DNA from: Candidatus Latescibacterota bacterium
GTDB lineage: Bacteria; Latescibacterota; UBA2968
NCBI GenBank assembly: GCA_965205975.1
Contig: OZ242195.1
Coordinates: 480,001-544,000 of the forward strand
Direction: 5' to 3'
Length of the DNA: 64,000 nucleotides
The notes below the pieces were generated by a model, which saw nothing but the letters and a program-made list of their open reading frames with translations, was not told the origin of the DNA and searched no databases. The position numbers were made by a program, and so were the translations under genes. The number at the start of each line of letters is the position of its first letter. The stretch's first letter is position 1. Positions 30,791 to 40,456 of the stretch are shown here, in pieces.

Positions 30791-31609
30791 ATGGCAGATG
30801 CACCACAAACCACAGAAAGAGATTTAGCCCAAGCAGATCAAAGGATTGATCGCCGTTTTGATGAACAGCAACGCGAAACCGTTAGGCAAGGCCAGCAGTT
30901 GACGGCGATTGAAAAACTGATTGAACAGAACAACGAGCACCACAAAGACCGCATGGCGCGTTACGAAGCCGCTCAGGAAAAGATGTTTGAGCGATTGGAG
31001 ACGCGCATTGAGCAGAATGCCACAAGAATCACAGAGAGTAACGAGCATGTGATCAGACTGGACACACTAATAGATCAGCACGACGAGCGCATGAGCCATC
31101 TATCCGAGATCCAACGGGAATTGCGGGCGACGATTGATCAGAACGCCAAAGAAATCACGGAGAGTAATGAGCGAACGACCAGATTGGATACCCTCATAGA
31201 TCAGCATGACGAGCGCATGAGCAGTCAAGCGGAGATCCAGCGAGAATTGCGGGCGACGATTGATCAGAACGCCAAAGAAATCACGGAGAGTAATGAGCGA
31301 ACGACCAGATTGGATACCCTCATAGAGCAGCATGACGAGCGCATGAGCAGTCAAGCGGAGATCCAGCGAGAATTGCATGTGATGATTGATCAGAACGCCA
31401 CAAGAATCACAGAGAGTAAGGAGCATGTGATCAAACTGGACACCCTCATAGAGCAGCACGATGACCGCATGAGCCGTCTATCCGAGATCCAACGGGAATT
31501 GCGAGCGACGATGCAGAGCAATTTCAATTGGATTGTTGGCGTTGTACTCGGAGGGATTTTTCTGATATTGGGCACGCTGGTAACGGCATTTTTCGCTTTG
31601 CCCAAGTAA
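30791..31609 (+). CDS. Coiled-coil tandem-repeat protein with C-terminal TM anchor
   Basis: GAGGAG RBS; four 42-aa repeats; ends WIVGVVLGGIFLILGTLVTAFF. Confidence 0.8.
   Translation: MADAPQTTERDLAQADQRIDRRFDEQQRETVRQGQQLTAIEKLIEQNNEHHKDRMARYEAAQEKMFERLETRIEQNATRITESNEHVIRLDTLIDQHDERMSHLSEIQRELRATIDQNAKEITESNERTTRLDTLIDQHDERMSSQAEIQRELRATIDQNAKEITESNERTTRLDTLIEQHDERMSSQAEIQRELHVMIDQNATRITESKEHVIKLDTLIEQHDDRMSRLSEIQRELRATMQSNFNWIVGVVLGGIFLILGTLVTAFFALPK
31007..31510 (+). repeat. 4 x 126-bp intragenic tandem repeat
   Basis: Units start at 31007, 31133, 31259 and 31385. Confidence 0.9.
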
Positions 31610-31673
31610 CCACACGAGTATAGACTTGTCACAGGCTGAGATAAACCACCATCTTAACGATATAAAAACAAGC

Positions 31674-31708
31674 AAGTGCCCGTCTCCTCAATGGAAGCGG
31701 GCACTTTT
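31674..31708. terminator. Intrinsic terminator between convergent genes
   Basis: AAGTGCCCG...CGGGCACTTTT. Confidence 0.7.
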
Positions 31709-31730
31709 GTGTTTATCCCAAAATAGAAGA

Positions 31731-34376
31731 TTACTCTTCCAGTGCAGCGTGGGCGGCTGCGAGGCGGGCGATGGGTACGCGGAAGGGGGAACAGGATACG
31801 TAGTCCATGCCGATGTTGTGGCAGAAGTGTACAGAGGACGGATCGCCGCCGTGTTCGCCGCAGATGCCCACTTTGAGATCGCTGCGAGCGCCGCGTCCGT
31901 TTTTGGTGCCGAGTTCGACGAGTTGCCCCACGCCGGTCTGGTCGAGGGTCTGGAAGGGATCGTTTTCGAGGATGCCCTTTTCGACGTATTCGCCCAGGAA
32001 TTTGCCGGCGTCATCGCGCGAGTAACCATAGGTCATTTGCGTGAGGTCATTGGTGCCAAACGAGAAAAATTCTGCGTGTTCGGCAATTTCGGCGGCGGTG
32101 AGGGCAGCGCGGGGAATTTCGATCATGGTGCCGACGAGATACGCGACGCGCTTGCCGGTTTCGCTTTCTACCGCGCGAGCCACGCGATCTGTCATGATTT
32201 TGAGTTCGGTAAATTCTTTGACCGTGCCCACGAGTGGGATCATGATTTCGGGAACGGCTTTGGATCCCACATTGGCGGCGGCTTCGAGGATGGCGCGCAC
32301 CTGCATTTCGTAAATTTCTGGATAGGTGATGCCCAGCCGACAGCCGCGATGCCCGAGCATAGGATTAAATTCGTTGAGGGATTCGACCTTGTCCTGAATC
32401 ACGCGCAACGAGGTATCGAGCCGCCTTGCCATTTCCTCTTGCTGGTCGCTCTCGTGTGGGAGAAACTCGTGCAGGGGGGGATCGAGCAGGCGAATGGTCA
32501 CTGGCAGGCCTGCCATGGCATTGAAAATGCCTTCAAAGTCGCCGCGTTGGATGGGCAACAGCTTTTCGAGGGCGCGACGGCGGCCTTCTTCATCATCGGC
32601 GAGAATCATTTCGCGCACGATATTGATGCGGTCGCCTTCAAAGAACATGTGTTCCGTGCGGCACAGGCCAATGCCTTCGGCGCCAAAGTCGCGCGCAACA
32701 GCCGAATCGTGTGGTGTGTCCGCATTGGTGCGGACATTGAGTGTGCGAATCTCATCGGCCCAGCTCATCAAGATGGCAAAATCACCCGAGAGTTCAGGCT
32801 CCTGTGTGGGAACCTGGCCGAGCATGACTTCGCCCGTAGAGCCGTCAATGGAGACCCAGTCGCCGCCTTTGACAACCGTATCGCCGACAGAGAACTGATT
32901 CGCTGTGTAGTCGATGACGAGATCGCCACAACCGGCCACACAGCATTTGCCCATGCCGCGGGCAACCACAGCAGCGTGTGAGGTCATGCCCCCGCGTGCG
33001 GTGAGAATGCCCTGCGCGGCGTTCATACCGCCGATGTCTTCGGGCGAGGTTTCGAGGCGTACCAGTAGAACTTGCTCGCCCTGCTCGGCGGCTTCTTCGG
33101 CTTCTTCAGCGAGAAAGACGACCTTTCCCGACGCAGCGCCCGGTGAAGCGGGCAATCCCGTAGCCAATACATTGCGTTCAACTGTAGGATCGAAAGTGGG
33201 GTGCAGGAGTTGGTCGAGTTGTTCGGGGTCCACGCGTTGCACGGCTTCGCTCCGGGTGATCAGCCCTTCGTTGACCATGTCAACGGCAATTTTGACGGCG
33301 GCAGCGGCTGTGCGTTTGCCATTGCGGGTTTGCAGCATCCAGAGTTTGCTCTGTTGCACGGTAAATTCGATGTCCTGCATGTCTCGATAGTGTTTTTCGA
33401 GTGTTTGATAGATGCCTTCGAGTGTTTGATAGGCTTCGGGCTGTCTGCTCTTCAGGCGTTCTACAGGCTCAGGTGTGCGCACGCCTGCGACCACGTCTTC
33501 GCCCTGTGCGTTGGTGAGAAATTCGCCGTAAAATGTGTTTTCTCCCGTGGAGGGATCGCGCGTAAATGCAACGCCTGTGGCGCAGTCGTCGCCCATGTTG
33601 CCATAGACCATGGACTGGACGTTGACGGCTGTTCCCCAGTCTCCGGGGATATTTTCCAGACGCCGATAGGTGATGGCGCGATCCGCCTGCCATGAGCCAA
33701 ATACCGCGCCAATACCGCCCCAGAGTTGCTCGATGGGATCGGTGGGGAAATTTTGTCCCGTGCGTGTTTTGACGATGTCTTTGAACATATCGACGAGGGT
33801 TTTGAGGTCCTCTACGGTCATGTCGAGGTCGTCTTCGATGCCGCGTTTTTCTTTGACTTCCTCAATAGCGGCTTCAAAGGGGTCTATTTCGAGGCCCTCG
33901 GGAGTCACGCCCATTACCACATCGCCATAGGTCTGGATGAAGCGGCGATAAGAGTCCCATCCAAAACGCGGGTTGTTGCTTCTGGCAATAAGACCTTCTG
34001 TGATTTCATCGTTGAGGCCGAGGTTGAGTACGGTTTCCATCATGCCGGGCATGGAGACGCGCGCGCCCGAGCGCACGGAGAGAAGCAATGGGTTTGTCGC
34101 ATCGCCGAATTTGCTGCCCATAACATTTTCGAGTTTGGCAACGTTGTCCATTACCTGTTTTTCAAGTGCGTCGGGATATTGTTTGTCGTGGTCGTAATAA
34201 TACGTGCAAACCTCGGTGGTGATGGTAAATCCAGCGGGCACGGGAATGCCAAGGCCCGACATTTCTGCGAGGTTCGCGCCTTTGCCACCGAGCAAGTTGC
34301 GCATTTCTGCAGCGCCTTCGGCTTTGCCATCGCCAAAGAAATAGACGTATTTTTCTTCTTGTTTTGCTGTTGCCAT
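31731..34376 (-). CDS. ppdK: Pyruvate, phosphate dikinase
   Basis: LLGGKGANL, SVRSGARVSMPGMM, GGMTSHAAVVARG, GICGEHGG, SCSPFRVP; GGAGGA RBS. Confidence 0.98.
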   Translation of the reverse strand: MATAKQEEKYVYFFGDGKAEGAAEMRNLLGGKGANLAEMSGLGIPVPAGFTITTEVCTYYYDHDKQYPDALEKQVMDNVAKLENVMGSKFGDATNPLLLSVRSGARVSMPGMMETVLNLGLNDEITEGLIARSNNPRFGWDSYRRFIQTYGDVVMGVTPEGLEIDPFEAAIEEVKEKRGIEDDLDMTVEDLKTLVDMFKDIVKTRTGQNFPTDPIEQLWGGIGAVFGSWQADRAITYRRLENIPGDWGTAVNVQSMVYGNMGDDCATGVAFTRDPSTGENTFYGEFLTNAQGEDVVAGVRTPEPVERLKSRQPEAYQTLEGIYQTLEKHYRDMQDIEFTVQQSKLWMLQTRNGKRTAAAAVKIAVDMVNEGLITRSEAVQRVDPEQLDQLLHPTFDPTVERNVLATGLPASPGAASGKVVFLAEEAEEAAEQGEQVLLVRLETSPEDIGGMNAAQGILTARGGMTSHAAVVARGMGKCCVAGCGDLVIDYTANQFSVGDTVVKGGDWVSIDGSTGEVMLGQVPTQEPELSGDFAILMSWADEIRTLNVRTNADTPHDSAVARDFGAEGIGLCRTEHMFFEGDRINIVREMILADDEEGRRRALEKLLPIQRGDFEGIFNAMAGLPVTIRLLDPPLHEFLPHESDQQEEMARRLDTSLRVIQDKVESLNEFNPMLGHRGCRLGITYPEIYEMQVRAILEAAANVGSKAVPEIMIPLVGTVKEFTELKIMTDRVARAVESETGKRVAYLVGTMIEIPRAALTAAEIAEHAEFFSFGTNDLTQMTYGYSRDDAGKFLGEYVEKGILENDPFQTLDQTGVGQLVELGTKNGRGARSDLKVGICGEHGGDPSSVHFCHNIGMDYVSCSPFRVPIARLAAAHAALEE

Positions 34377-34481
34377 TGCGTCCTCCAAAGGGGTTCAAAT
34401 CGGGACACGACAGTGTGCCCCCGGGATATTTGGGCAGGAAAAAATATAACAGGGTAAAAAAACGAGCAAGGATTTTGTTTG

Positions 34482-34655
34482 AATTAAAAATTAAAAATTA
34501 AAAATTAAGAATGGGGAGCAGAGCGGGCTGGCTGCTGAGAGGTGATCCGCAGATGACGCAGATAACGCAGATGAAAAAGAGGGGCGGAGGACTGAGGTTG
34601 GTGGGTTGAGCGGGCTGACTACTGATCACTGACTACTGATTACTGATTACTGATG
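34482..34655. repeat. Cluster of short tandem repeats
   Basis: (AATTAAA)x~4 at 34482, (CGCAGATRA)x3 at 34548, (ACTGAYN)x~6 at 34614-34655. Confidence 0.8.
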
Positions 34656-35845
34656 GTATCAGACTGTGAGGTATTGATGGTGTCGGGTGGGGTACTAATA
34701 GTATCGGGCGTATTAATGGTGTTAGGTTGGAGAGCTTGGAATGATTCAATCGATGATTTTACCTGATTGAACTGGGTGTTGCTTTCCCAGCCGAGGATGG
34801 TTTGCAAAATGCTGCGGCGCCCCACATAAATACGCAAATCAGCGGTAGATCCAAAGCTGAGGGCAATGGGGGTTTGTTTGACGACGACTTCCAGACCAAA
34901 GGTGCGAACATTGCCTTCAATGACGGCATACCCATGAACTTCTGACACTTCGCCCTGACCGACAAAACCTTCGCGGTCAGTGAAGAGATTGCTCAATATT
35001 TCAACGGGTTGGCCGGGGCGCACCTTCCACGCGCTGGTTTCGGCCATCCAGGCACCGATGACTGTACCTTCGCCTTCTCCTGCGATGATCATGACAACGG
35101 CACCCTGACTGGCCTGCATGCCCGGATAGAGATCCTGGCGAGCCACCACGCCACTGACTGGCGCGCGCAAGGTGGCGCGTTCAAGGGCTTCGCGCGCGGC
35201 TTCGAGATTGTGTTTTGCCTTGTCCAGAGACGCCTGGGTTTGGCGCACTGCTGCTTCTGCCTGTTGAATTTCTGCGGGCAGGGGACCGCGTCTCACCAGG
35301 TTGAGATTTTCGAGTTCGACTTTTAAGCTGGCTTCAGCGAGGTCGTAATTGGTTTTGGCGCGTTCGTAGTCTTCCTGACTGAAGAGGCGCTGGCCTTCAT
35401 AGAGAGCCTGGGCGCGTTTGAGGTCCTGTTGTCGGGCCGTGAGGTTGATGCGCGCTTGCTCAACACGCGATTCGGCTATTTTGATTTCTTCGGGGGTTGG
35501 CTGTGCACGCAGCAGGGCAAGTCGCGCCTGTGCAGCTTCGAGGTTGGCCATTTCCCGTTTGATTTCTTGTTCTGCGGTTGCCGCTGCCGCTCTCAAATTG
35601 CCGTCGTAGAGCCGTGCGACGGGTTGATCGACTGTGACGGAGTCACCGGGGCTTACGAGGATTTCCTGGATGTCCTGGCTCATGGGCGAATTGATAAATA
35701 TTTTGTCTCCTGGTTCTACAATGCCTTGAGCCATCACAATATCGTCAATCTGGATCAGTGCAAGGGCGAGTGCAATGGCCCCAATTACACCGAAGACCCA
35801 GAGTAGCCATTTGACAATTCTGCCTTTTCGGCGACGGCGCATCAT
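34640..35845 (-). CDS. HlyD-family membrane fusion/periplasmic adaptor protein
   Basis: N-terminal TM, VSPGDSV, long coiled coil, LRAPVSGVV. Confidence 0.85.
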   Translation of the reverse strand: MMRRRRKGRIVKWLLWVFGVIGAIALALALIQIDDIVMAQGIVEPGDKIFINSPMSQDIQEILVSPGDSVTVDQPVARLYDGNLRAAAATAEQEIKREMANLEAAQARLALLRAQPTPEEIKIAESRVEQARINLTARQQDLKRAQALYEGQRLFSQEDYERAKTNYDLAEASLKVELENLNLVRRGPLPAEIQQAEAAVRQTQASLDKAKHNLEAAREALERATLRAPVSGVVARQDLYPGMQASQGAVVMIIAGEGEGTVIGAWMAETSAWKVRPGQPVEILSNLFTDREGFVGQGEVSEVHGYAVIEGNVRTFGLEVVVKQTPIALSFGSTADLRIYVGRRSILQTILGWESNTQFNQVKSSIESFQALQPNTINTPDTISTPPDTINTSQSDTISNQ

Positions 35846-35867
35846 GGGATTATTTTTTTCCTTTTGC

Positions 35868-35895
35868 TTGACAGATTTTGGGAGAATGGTATATT
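35868..35895 (+). promoter_or_regulatory. tRNA promoter
   Basis: TTGACA at 35868 and TG-extended TATATT at 35890. Confidence 0.55.
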
Positions 35896-35922
35896 TTATA
35901 ATTCTATACCAAAATCCTGGAT

Positions 35923-35995
35923 GGGCGCGTAGCTCAGGCGGTAGAGCAACGGCCTTTTAAGCCGTGGGTCGCAGGTTCGAATCCTGCCGCGCTCA
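35923..35995 (+). tRNA. tRNA-Lys (anticodon UUU); CCA not encoded
   Basis: GGGCGCG/CGCGCTC acceptor stem, TAGCTCAG..GGTAGAGC D-arm, ACGGC-CTTTTAA-GCCGT anticodon arm, GGTTCGAATCC T-arm. Confidence 0.96.
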
Positions 35996-36008
35996 CTATT
36001 ACAAAATG

Positions 36009-36040
36009 GCCCTGAATCACTATGATTTCAGGGCTTTTTT
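36009..36040 (+). terminator. Intrinsic terminator after tRNA
   Basis: GCCCTGAA...TTCAGGGC followed by a T run. Confidence 0.8.
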
Positions 36041-36150
36041 CGCGCCCCTTGCGAGTAAAGATAGTAAACAAATTTATTATATTGTTTTTAAAAGGTCAAG
36101 AAAGTTATAAACAAAAGTTATGATTTAGAACCGCCATACTGCACGGCAAC

Positions 36151-36179
36151 TTGACATTACAATGGGTATTAAATATATT
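36151..36179 (+). promoter_or_regulatory. Sigma70-like promoter of cysH
   Basis: TTGACA-17 bp-TATATT. Confidence 0.65.
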
Positions 36180-36206
36180 GTGAATCAACGAACTCAAGAA
36201 TAGGAG

Positions 36207-36953
36207 ATGTTTGTGCTTACCCGAGAAAAATTGAATGCGCAGTCCCTGGCTCTTGAAACGGCGCCTCTGGAAGATATTTTGATCTGGGCATGGGAGACGT
36301 TGGGTTCTCGCGTGGCATTTGGTACTGCTTTTGGTGCCAGCGGCATGGTTTTGCTCGACGTGATGCAAAAGGCCGCGCCACAAATTCCCGTATTTACAAT
36401 TGACACGGGTTTTCTGTTTCCCGAGACCCTGAGCTTGATCGACCGCGTGGAGGCGCGCTATGGAATTGAGATTGAGCGGGTGCATTCTCGCTTGAGTATT
36501 GAAGAGCAAGCGCGTGATTACGGTGACGAACTCTACAAGCGGGATGCCGACCGGTGTTGCTGGTTGCGGAAAGTCGAGCCGTTGCAGCGCAAGTTGTCCC
36601 AGTTGAATGGCTGGATTAATAGCCGCCGGCGAGATCAGAGCGATACCCGCAGCCAAATTTCCATTCTGGAATATTATGAGACAGATGGTCGCGCGTTGCT
36701 CAAATTGAATCCCATGGCACCGTGGACGCGCAAACAGGTCTGGGATTATATTGTCGAACACGATGTGCCCTATAATCCCTTGATGGATCAGGGCTTTGCC
36801 ACGATAGGATGCTGGCCCTGCACAAAAGCTGTGGATGCAGATGCAGACGAACGCGCCGGTCGTTGGGCGGGTTCGGATAAGACAGAATGCGGTATTCACA
36901 CCTTTTTACAGCCTATTGATGCGGCGGTTAATGCCGTGCCTGTTGAATCTTGA
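36207..36953 (+). CDS. cysH: APS/PAPS reductase (Fe-S type)
   Basis: IDTGFLF, CCWLRKVEPL, RRDQ, IGCWPCT, RAGRW, KTECGIH. Confidence 0.95.
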   Translation: MFVLTREKLNAQSLALETAPLEDILIWAWETLGSRVAFGTAFGASGMVLLDVMQKAAPQIPVFTIDTGFLFPETLSLIDRVEARYGIEIERVHSRLSIEEQARDYGDELYKRDADRCCWLRKVEPLQRKLSQLNGWINSRRRDQSDTRSQISILEYYETDGRALLKLNPMAPWTRKQVWDYIVEHDVPYNPLMDQGFATIGCWPCTKAVDADADERAGRWAGSDKTECGIHTFLQPIDAAVNAVPVES

Positions 36954-37108
36954 CATAATGTCGAAAATAGTATTATTTGGATGTAATCGCGGCCCTCTCG
37001 TGGGGTCGTTTTTGGTTTATGCAAAAAAGAAACACCCTTTTCGAGTAAATGATGTTACGCGGCGATGTGATATAAGGCTGTAGGTCAGCAGGTAGCATGG
37101 AGGAAATC

Positions 37109-37696
37109 ATGATAACTGAAAATGAATTGCGACGACGCGCCGATGAGGGATCTCCAGAAGCACAGTATGATCTTGGCTGGCGGTATTCCGCAGGTCATGA
37201 TGTGCAGAAAGATGACGAAGAGGCAGTGAAGTGGCTCCGCAAGGCAGCCGATCAAGGTCATACTAAAAGTCAGAATATCCTTGGTTTGATGTATGCCGTT
37301 GGTCATGGTGTACCGCAAGACGATGTAGAGGCAGCAAAGTGGTTTCGCAAGGCAGCCGATCAAGGACTTGCTCAAGCTCAGCATAGTCTTGGTGTGATGT
37401 ATTATTTTGGAAATGGTGTGCCGCAAGACTGTATGGAGGCAGCAAAGTGGTTTCGCAAGGCAGCCGATCAAGGACTTGCCCAAGCCCAGCACGACCTGGG
37501 CGCAATGTATGTAAATGGAGAGGGGACACCCCAAGACTATGTGGAAGCCCACAGGTGGTGGAACCTCGCCGCGGCACAGGGTAATGAGGAAGCGCGGGAG
37601 AAACGCGATATACTTACCAAAATGTTGACCCCTTCTCAGGTCGCCGATGCCCAGTACCGAGCACGCGAAAAAATGGAAGAGATCCACGATGAATGA
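37109..37696 (+). CDS. Sel1-like repeat protein
   Basis: About four repeats of AQxxLGxMYxxGxGVPQDxxEAAKWFRKAADQG; GGAGG RBS before ATG 37109. Confidence 0.93.
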   Translation: MITENELRRRADEGSPEAQYDLGWRYSAGHDVQKDDEEAVKWLRKAADQGHTKSQNILGLMYAVGHGVPQDDVEAAKWFRKAADQGLAQAQHSLGVMYYFGNGVPQDCMEAAKWFRKAADQGLAQAQHDLGAMYVNGEGTPQDYVEAHRWWNLAAAQGNEEAREKRDILTKMLTPSQVADAQYRAREKMEEIHDE

Positions 37697-38099
37697 AGAA
37701 GAAACATTTGTGGAAGTACTCCAGCAGGAGTTCCTACAAGCTAAAAAAATATACCGGAATCTGGAACAGGTTGTTATTGTCACTACCGAAGATAAGCTCC
37801 GGCTCTGTCTGCATAAATCTATTGACCGTCTCGGCACCAAACGGGAGTGGTGGACACCAGTGGCTCTGTTGGTGACACTCGTTCTTGCACTAACCACGGC
37901 TGAATTCAAAGACCGATTCGCTTTTCCGGCAGCAACTTGGCAGGCATTTTTCTTGCTATTAACATTAGCCTCATTGATCTGGACTTTTGTGGCTATATGG
38001 AAAGCGATCCGAGTCAAAGTATCTGTTGAATCAATCGTATCCGAAATCAAGCAGCAGTCTCCAGAAATAACAGATGTTGAAGTGGGACAGAGAGATTAA
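37689..38099 (+). CDS. Hypothetical 2-TM membrane protein
   Basis: Overlaps the Sel1 gene stop; two hydrophobic helices. Confidence 0.65.
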   Translation: MNEEETFVEVLQQEFLQAKKIYRNLEQVVIVTTEDKLRLCLHKSIDRLGTKREWWTPVALLVTLVLALTTAEFKDRFAFPAATWQAFFLLLTLASLIWTFVAIWKAIRVKVSVESIVSEIKQQSPEITDVEVGQRD

Positions 38100-38159
38100 G
38101 GGCGATTTTTCTACATACTGGGCTTCAGAAAATGCCACAAAGATAGAGGAAAAGCCACA

Positions 38160-38372
38160 ATGTCTGAGATCATATTTGAAGTCAGCGAGGATGAAGTTGA
38201 TGGCGGATACTCCGCCAATGCGCTGGGATATGGCATCCACACCGAGGGCGAAACGCTTGAGGAACTTCGCCAGAATGTCAAAGAAGCTGTAGAGTGCTAC
38301 TTTGATGAAACGATGAAACGCCTTGGATTGATTCGTCTGTACTCAGACAATGTCGTTGTCCGGTGGGGATGA
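38160..38372 (+). CDS. HicB-like antitoxin-fold protein
   Basis: DGGYSA...IHTEGETLEELRQNVKEAV. Confidence 0.7.
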   Translation: MSEIIFEVSEDEVDGGYSANALGYGIHTEGETLEELRQNVKEAVECYFDETMKRLGLIRLYSDNVVVRWG

Positions 38373-38413
38373 GAAGTACCAGAAAGATGAGCAACAGGAA
38401 ATAGGAGTGATTC

Positions 38414-40456
38414 ATGATAGGCAATAGTTACAAAGATAAGAAGGAAGCGGTATTGGACGTGTGTAATCGATATCTATCTTCACGCGGTGATGCCGAGGAT
38501 GGTGTTGATGTAGATTTCCTGAAAGACCGAGTTAAAGCACTGAAGGACAGCCGGTATGTTCTCCTCGTAGCTGGTGAAGTGAAGGCGGGGAAATCTACTT
38601 TTATCAATGCGCTACTCGGAGAGAAAATTTTGCCGACTGATGTCTTTCAGAGTTCGAGTGCTGTCGTCGAGATATGCAAGTCCAAGAAGAAATACGTCAA
38701 GGTTCTCTATGCAGACGGAAAACCTCGGTACGAAGCATTCGAGGATCTGCGAAAGATTGGAGCGATCAAAGATGAATACCGTAGCATTCCGACTACGCTG
38801 ATTGACACCCGTATTGTCGAAGGAAGTATCAAGCCTGGCCATCCGCTTCCCATTGGCGAACTAGAAGCTGAGAGCAAGTTGCGGCTACAAGATGAGAAGG
38901 CACTCATCGAAAAATATGTAAAAAGTCGAACTCTCGCGGACATACCCGAGAAAATTACCTTCGGCTTTCCGCTCAAATACACCTTTGATGGGCTTCGCAT
39001 AGTTGACAGCCCAGGCGTCAGTGCCCGCGGCGGTGTTCAGGGTGTCACCTACGACTATTTCCAGGAAGCAAACGCAGTGCTGTTCATCCATTCGCTTGAA
39101 TCACCTATCGAGAGTAGTTCATTTTACGACTTCATCACTAAGGTCGTGCCTGACCGTACTCGGGAGACGCTGTTCTTGGTCCTCACAAAGAGCGGAGGGA
39201 AGTCAAAAATTGAGATCAATGAAAAGGTCCGCGAGGCACGCCAACGGTACGATAAGGAGTTCGATAAGCATCGAATTCTGCATGTGGATTCCATGCTCAA
39301 AATCGTTTCCGACGAGATTGAGAGCTTCGATTCTGCCGATACCCTCAAGCAATACTACCGTGATCAAAAAGAACAATTCGAGTTAAAATATGAACAGGAC
39401 CAGAGTCAAGAGTGGCGAGATGAGGCGATTAACTTCGATATCAAGCTTAAACTACTAAATGGTGTCCTTGATGATATTGATGGTGATTCTGACTTTGAGG
39501 CCGTCCGATCTGCCCTGCAGGAATCATCTAACTTCGATGAAATGGAACGCGTTATTGATAAGTTCTCAGACCGAGCACCTTTGATTCAACTCACAGAACT
39601 TCTCTTGTCCGTGAAGCACGGATACGGCACACGGGTCGCAAAGCTTAAAGAAAACCTCGCCTTGTGGAACAAACAGAGCAAACACCCGCAGACTTTCGAG
39701 GATGAGATCAGCGAAATTCAAGAACGCTTGAATGAATACCGACACTCGATGAATGAATTTACCGAAGGTGTCACCAGCAAATACACCGGGCGTAATGCCT
39801 TATATCAAAGTTCACTCAAGCAGACCGAAACCGATTATTTTAATCAGATTAATGACGCATCCATGCTTGACGGAGTCAAGAAAGCACTTGCTGACTTTCA
39901 CGACGCGATGAGTGTATTCGCCAATGAGAAAGAGTCAGAAATAAAATCTCTGTTCGAAGACGAGGTGAGACGGTTGGAAGGGCAGTTCAAGACTGAGTAT
40001 TCCATCACTGTACCAACGGTCGATATTTCAGGTATTACAGCCAAGGCAAAAGAAGGGGCGTATCGGGAAAGAGAGGTGCCTAGAGAGCCTAAGGGTTTCT
40101 GGGAATGGACTAAGAAAATAGTCACCTTTGGGATAGCGAAGTTTACCCAGAAGGAGACCATTTATGACTCTCTGGCCCACTTGTCTGCATACAAAAGACT
40201 TGCACATCAGGTTGTAGAAGAGTACAAGGAAAAATTGCCCGGTCTTGTGTCAAGTCTTATTGAAAACTTTAAGACGGATTTCCAGCCATCTCTCAAGCTC
40301 CTTATTGACTCACGTAACAAAGAACTGGAGGACATTAAGACGAGCCAAGCCACAAATGAGGAGATATTGGCGAATATCGATGCGGCAGAGCAGAAAAAAA
40401 AAGACATCGCGGCTCAGGTAGCTTGGATTACCGATATGTTAGGAGATCTCCAATGA
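38414..40456 (+). CDS. Bacterial dynamin-like GTPase
   Basis: G1 GEVKAGKSTFINAL, LPT (G2 region), G3 DSPG, G4-like TKSG, long helical C-terminal part; AGGAG RBS. Confidence 0.88.
   Translation: MIGNSYKDKKEAVLDVCNRYLSSRGDAEDGVDVDFLKDRVKALKDSRYVLLVAGEVKAGKSTFINALLGEKILPTDVFQSSSAVVEICKSKKKYVKVLYADGKPRYEAFEDLRKIGAIKDEYRSIPTTLIDTRIVEGSIKPGHPLPIGELEAESKLRLQDEKALIEKYVKSRTLADIPEKITFGFPLKYTFDGLRIVDSPGVSARGGVQGVTYDYFQEANAVLFIHSLESPIESSSFYDFITKVVPDRTRETLFLVLTKSGGKSKIEINEKVREARQRYDKEFDKHRILHVDSMLKIVSDEIESFDSADTLKQYYRDQKEQFELKYEQDQSQEWRDEAINFDIKLKLLNGVLDDIDGDSDFEAVRSALQESSNFDEMERVIDKFSDRAPLIQLTELLLSVKHGYGTRVAKLKENLALWNKQSKHPQTFEDEISEIQERLNEYRHSMNEFTEGVTSKYTGRNALYQSSLKQTETDYFNQINDASMLDGVKKALADFHDAMSVFANEKESEIKSLFEDEVRRLEGQFKTEYSITVPTVDISGITAKAKEGAYREREVPREPKGFWEWTKKIVTFGIAKFTQKETIYDSLAHLSAYKRLAHQVVEEYKEKLPGLVSSLIENFKTDFQPSLKLLIDSRNKELEDIKTSQATNEEILANIDAAEQKKKDIAAQVAWITDMLGDLQ

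Noticed and set aside
31007..31510. Possible CRISPR array
   Set aside because: Contiguous in-frame coding repeats with no unique spacers and no cas genes.
31626..32981. 451-aa + strand ORF
   Set aside because: Antisense shadow of ppdK.
35923..35995. tRNA-Lys as integration site of the accessory block
   Set aside because: Followed by a terminator and cysH; I saw no duplicated tRNA 3' end and no integrase.
37085..38050. 321-aa minus-strand repetitive ORF
   Set aside because: Antisense of the Sel1 repeat and 2-TM genes.
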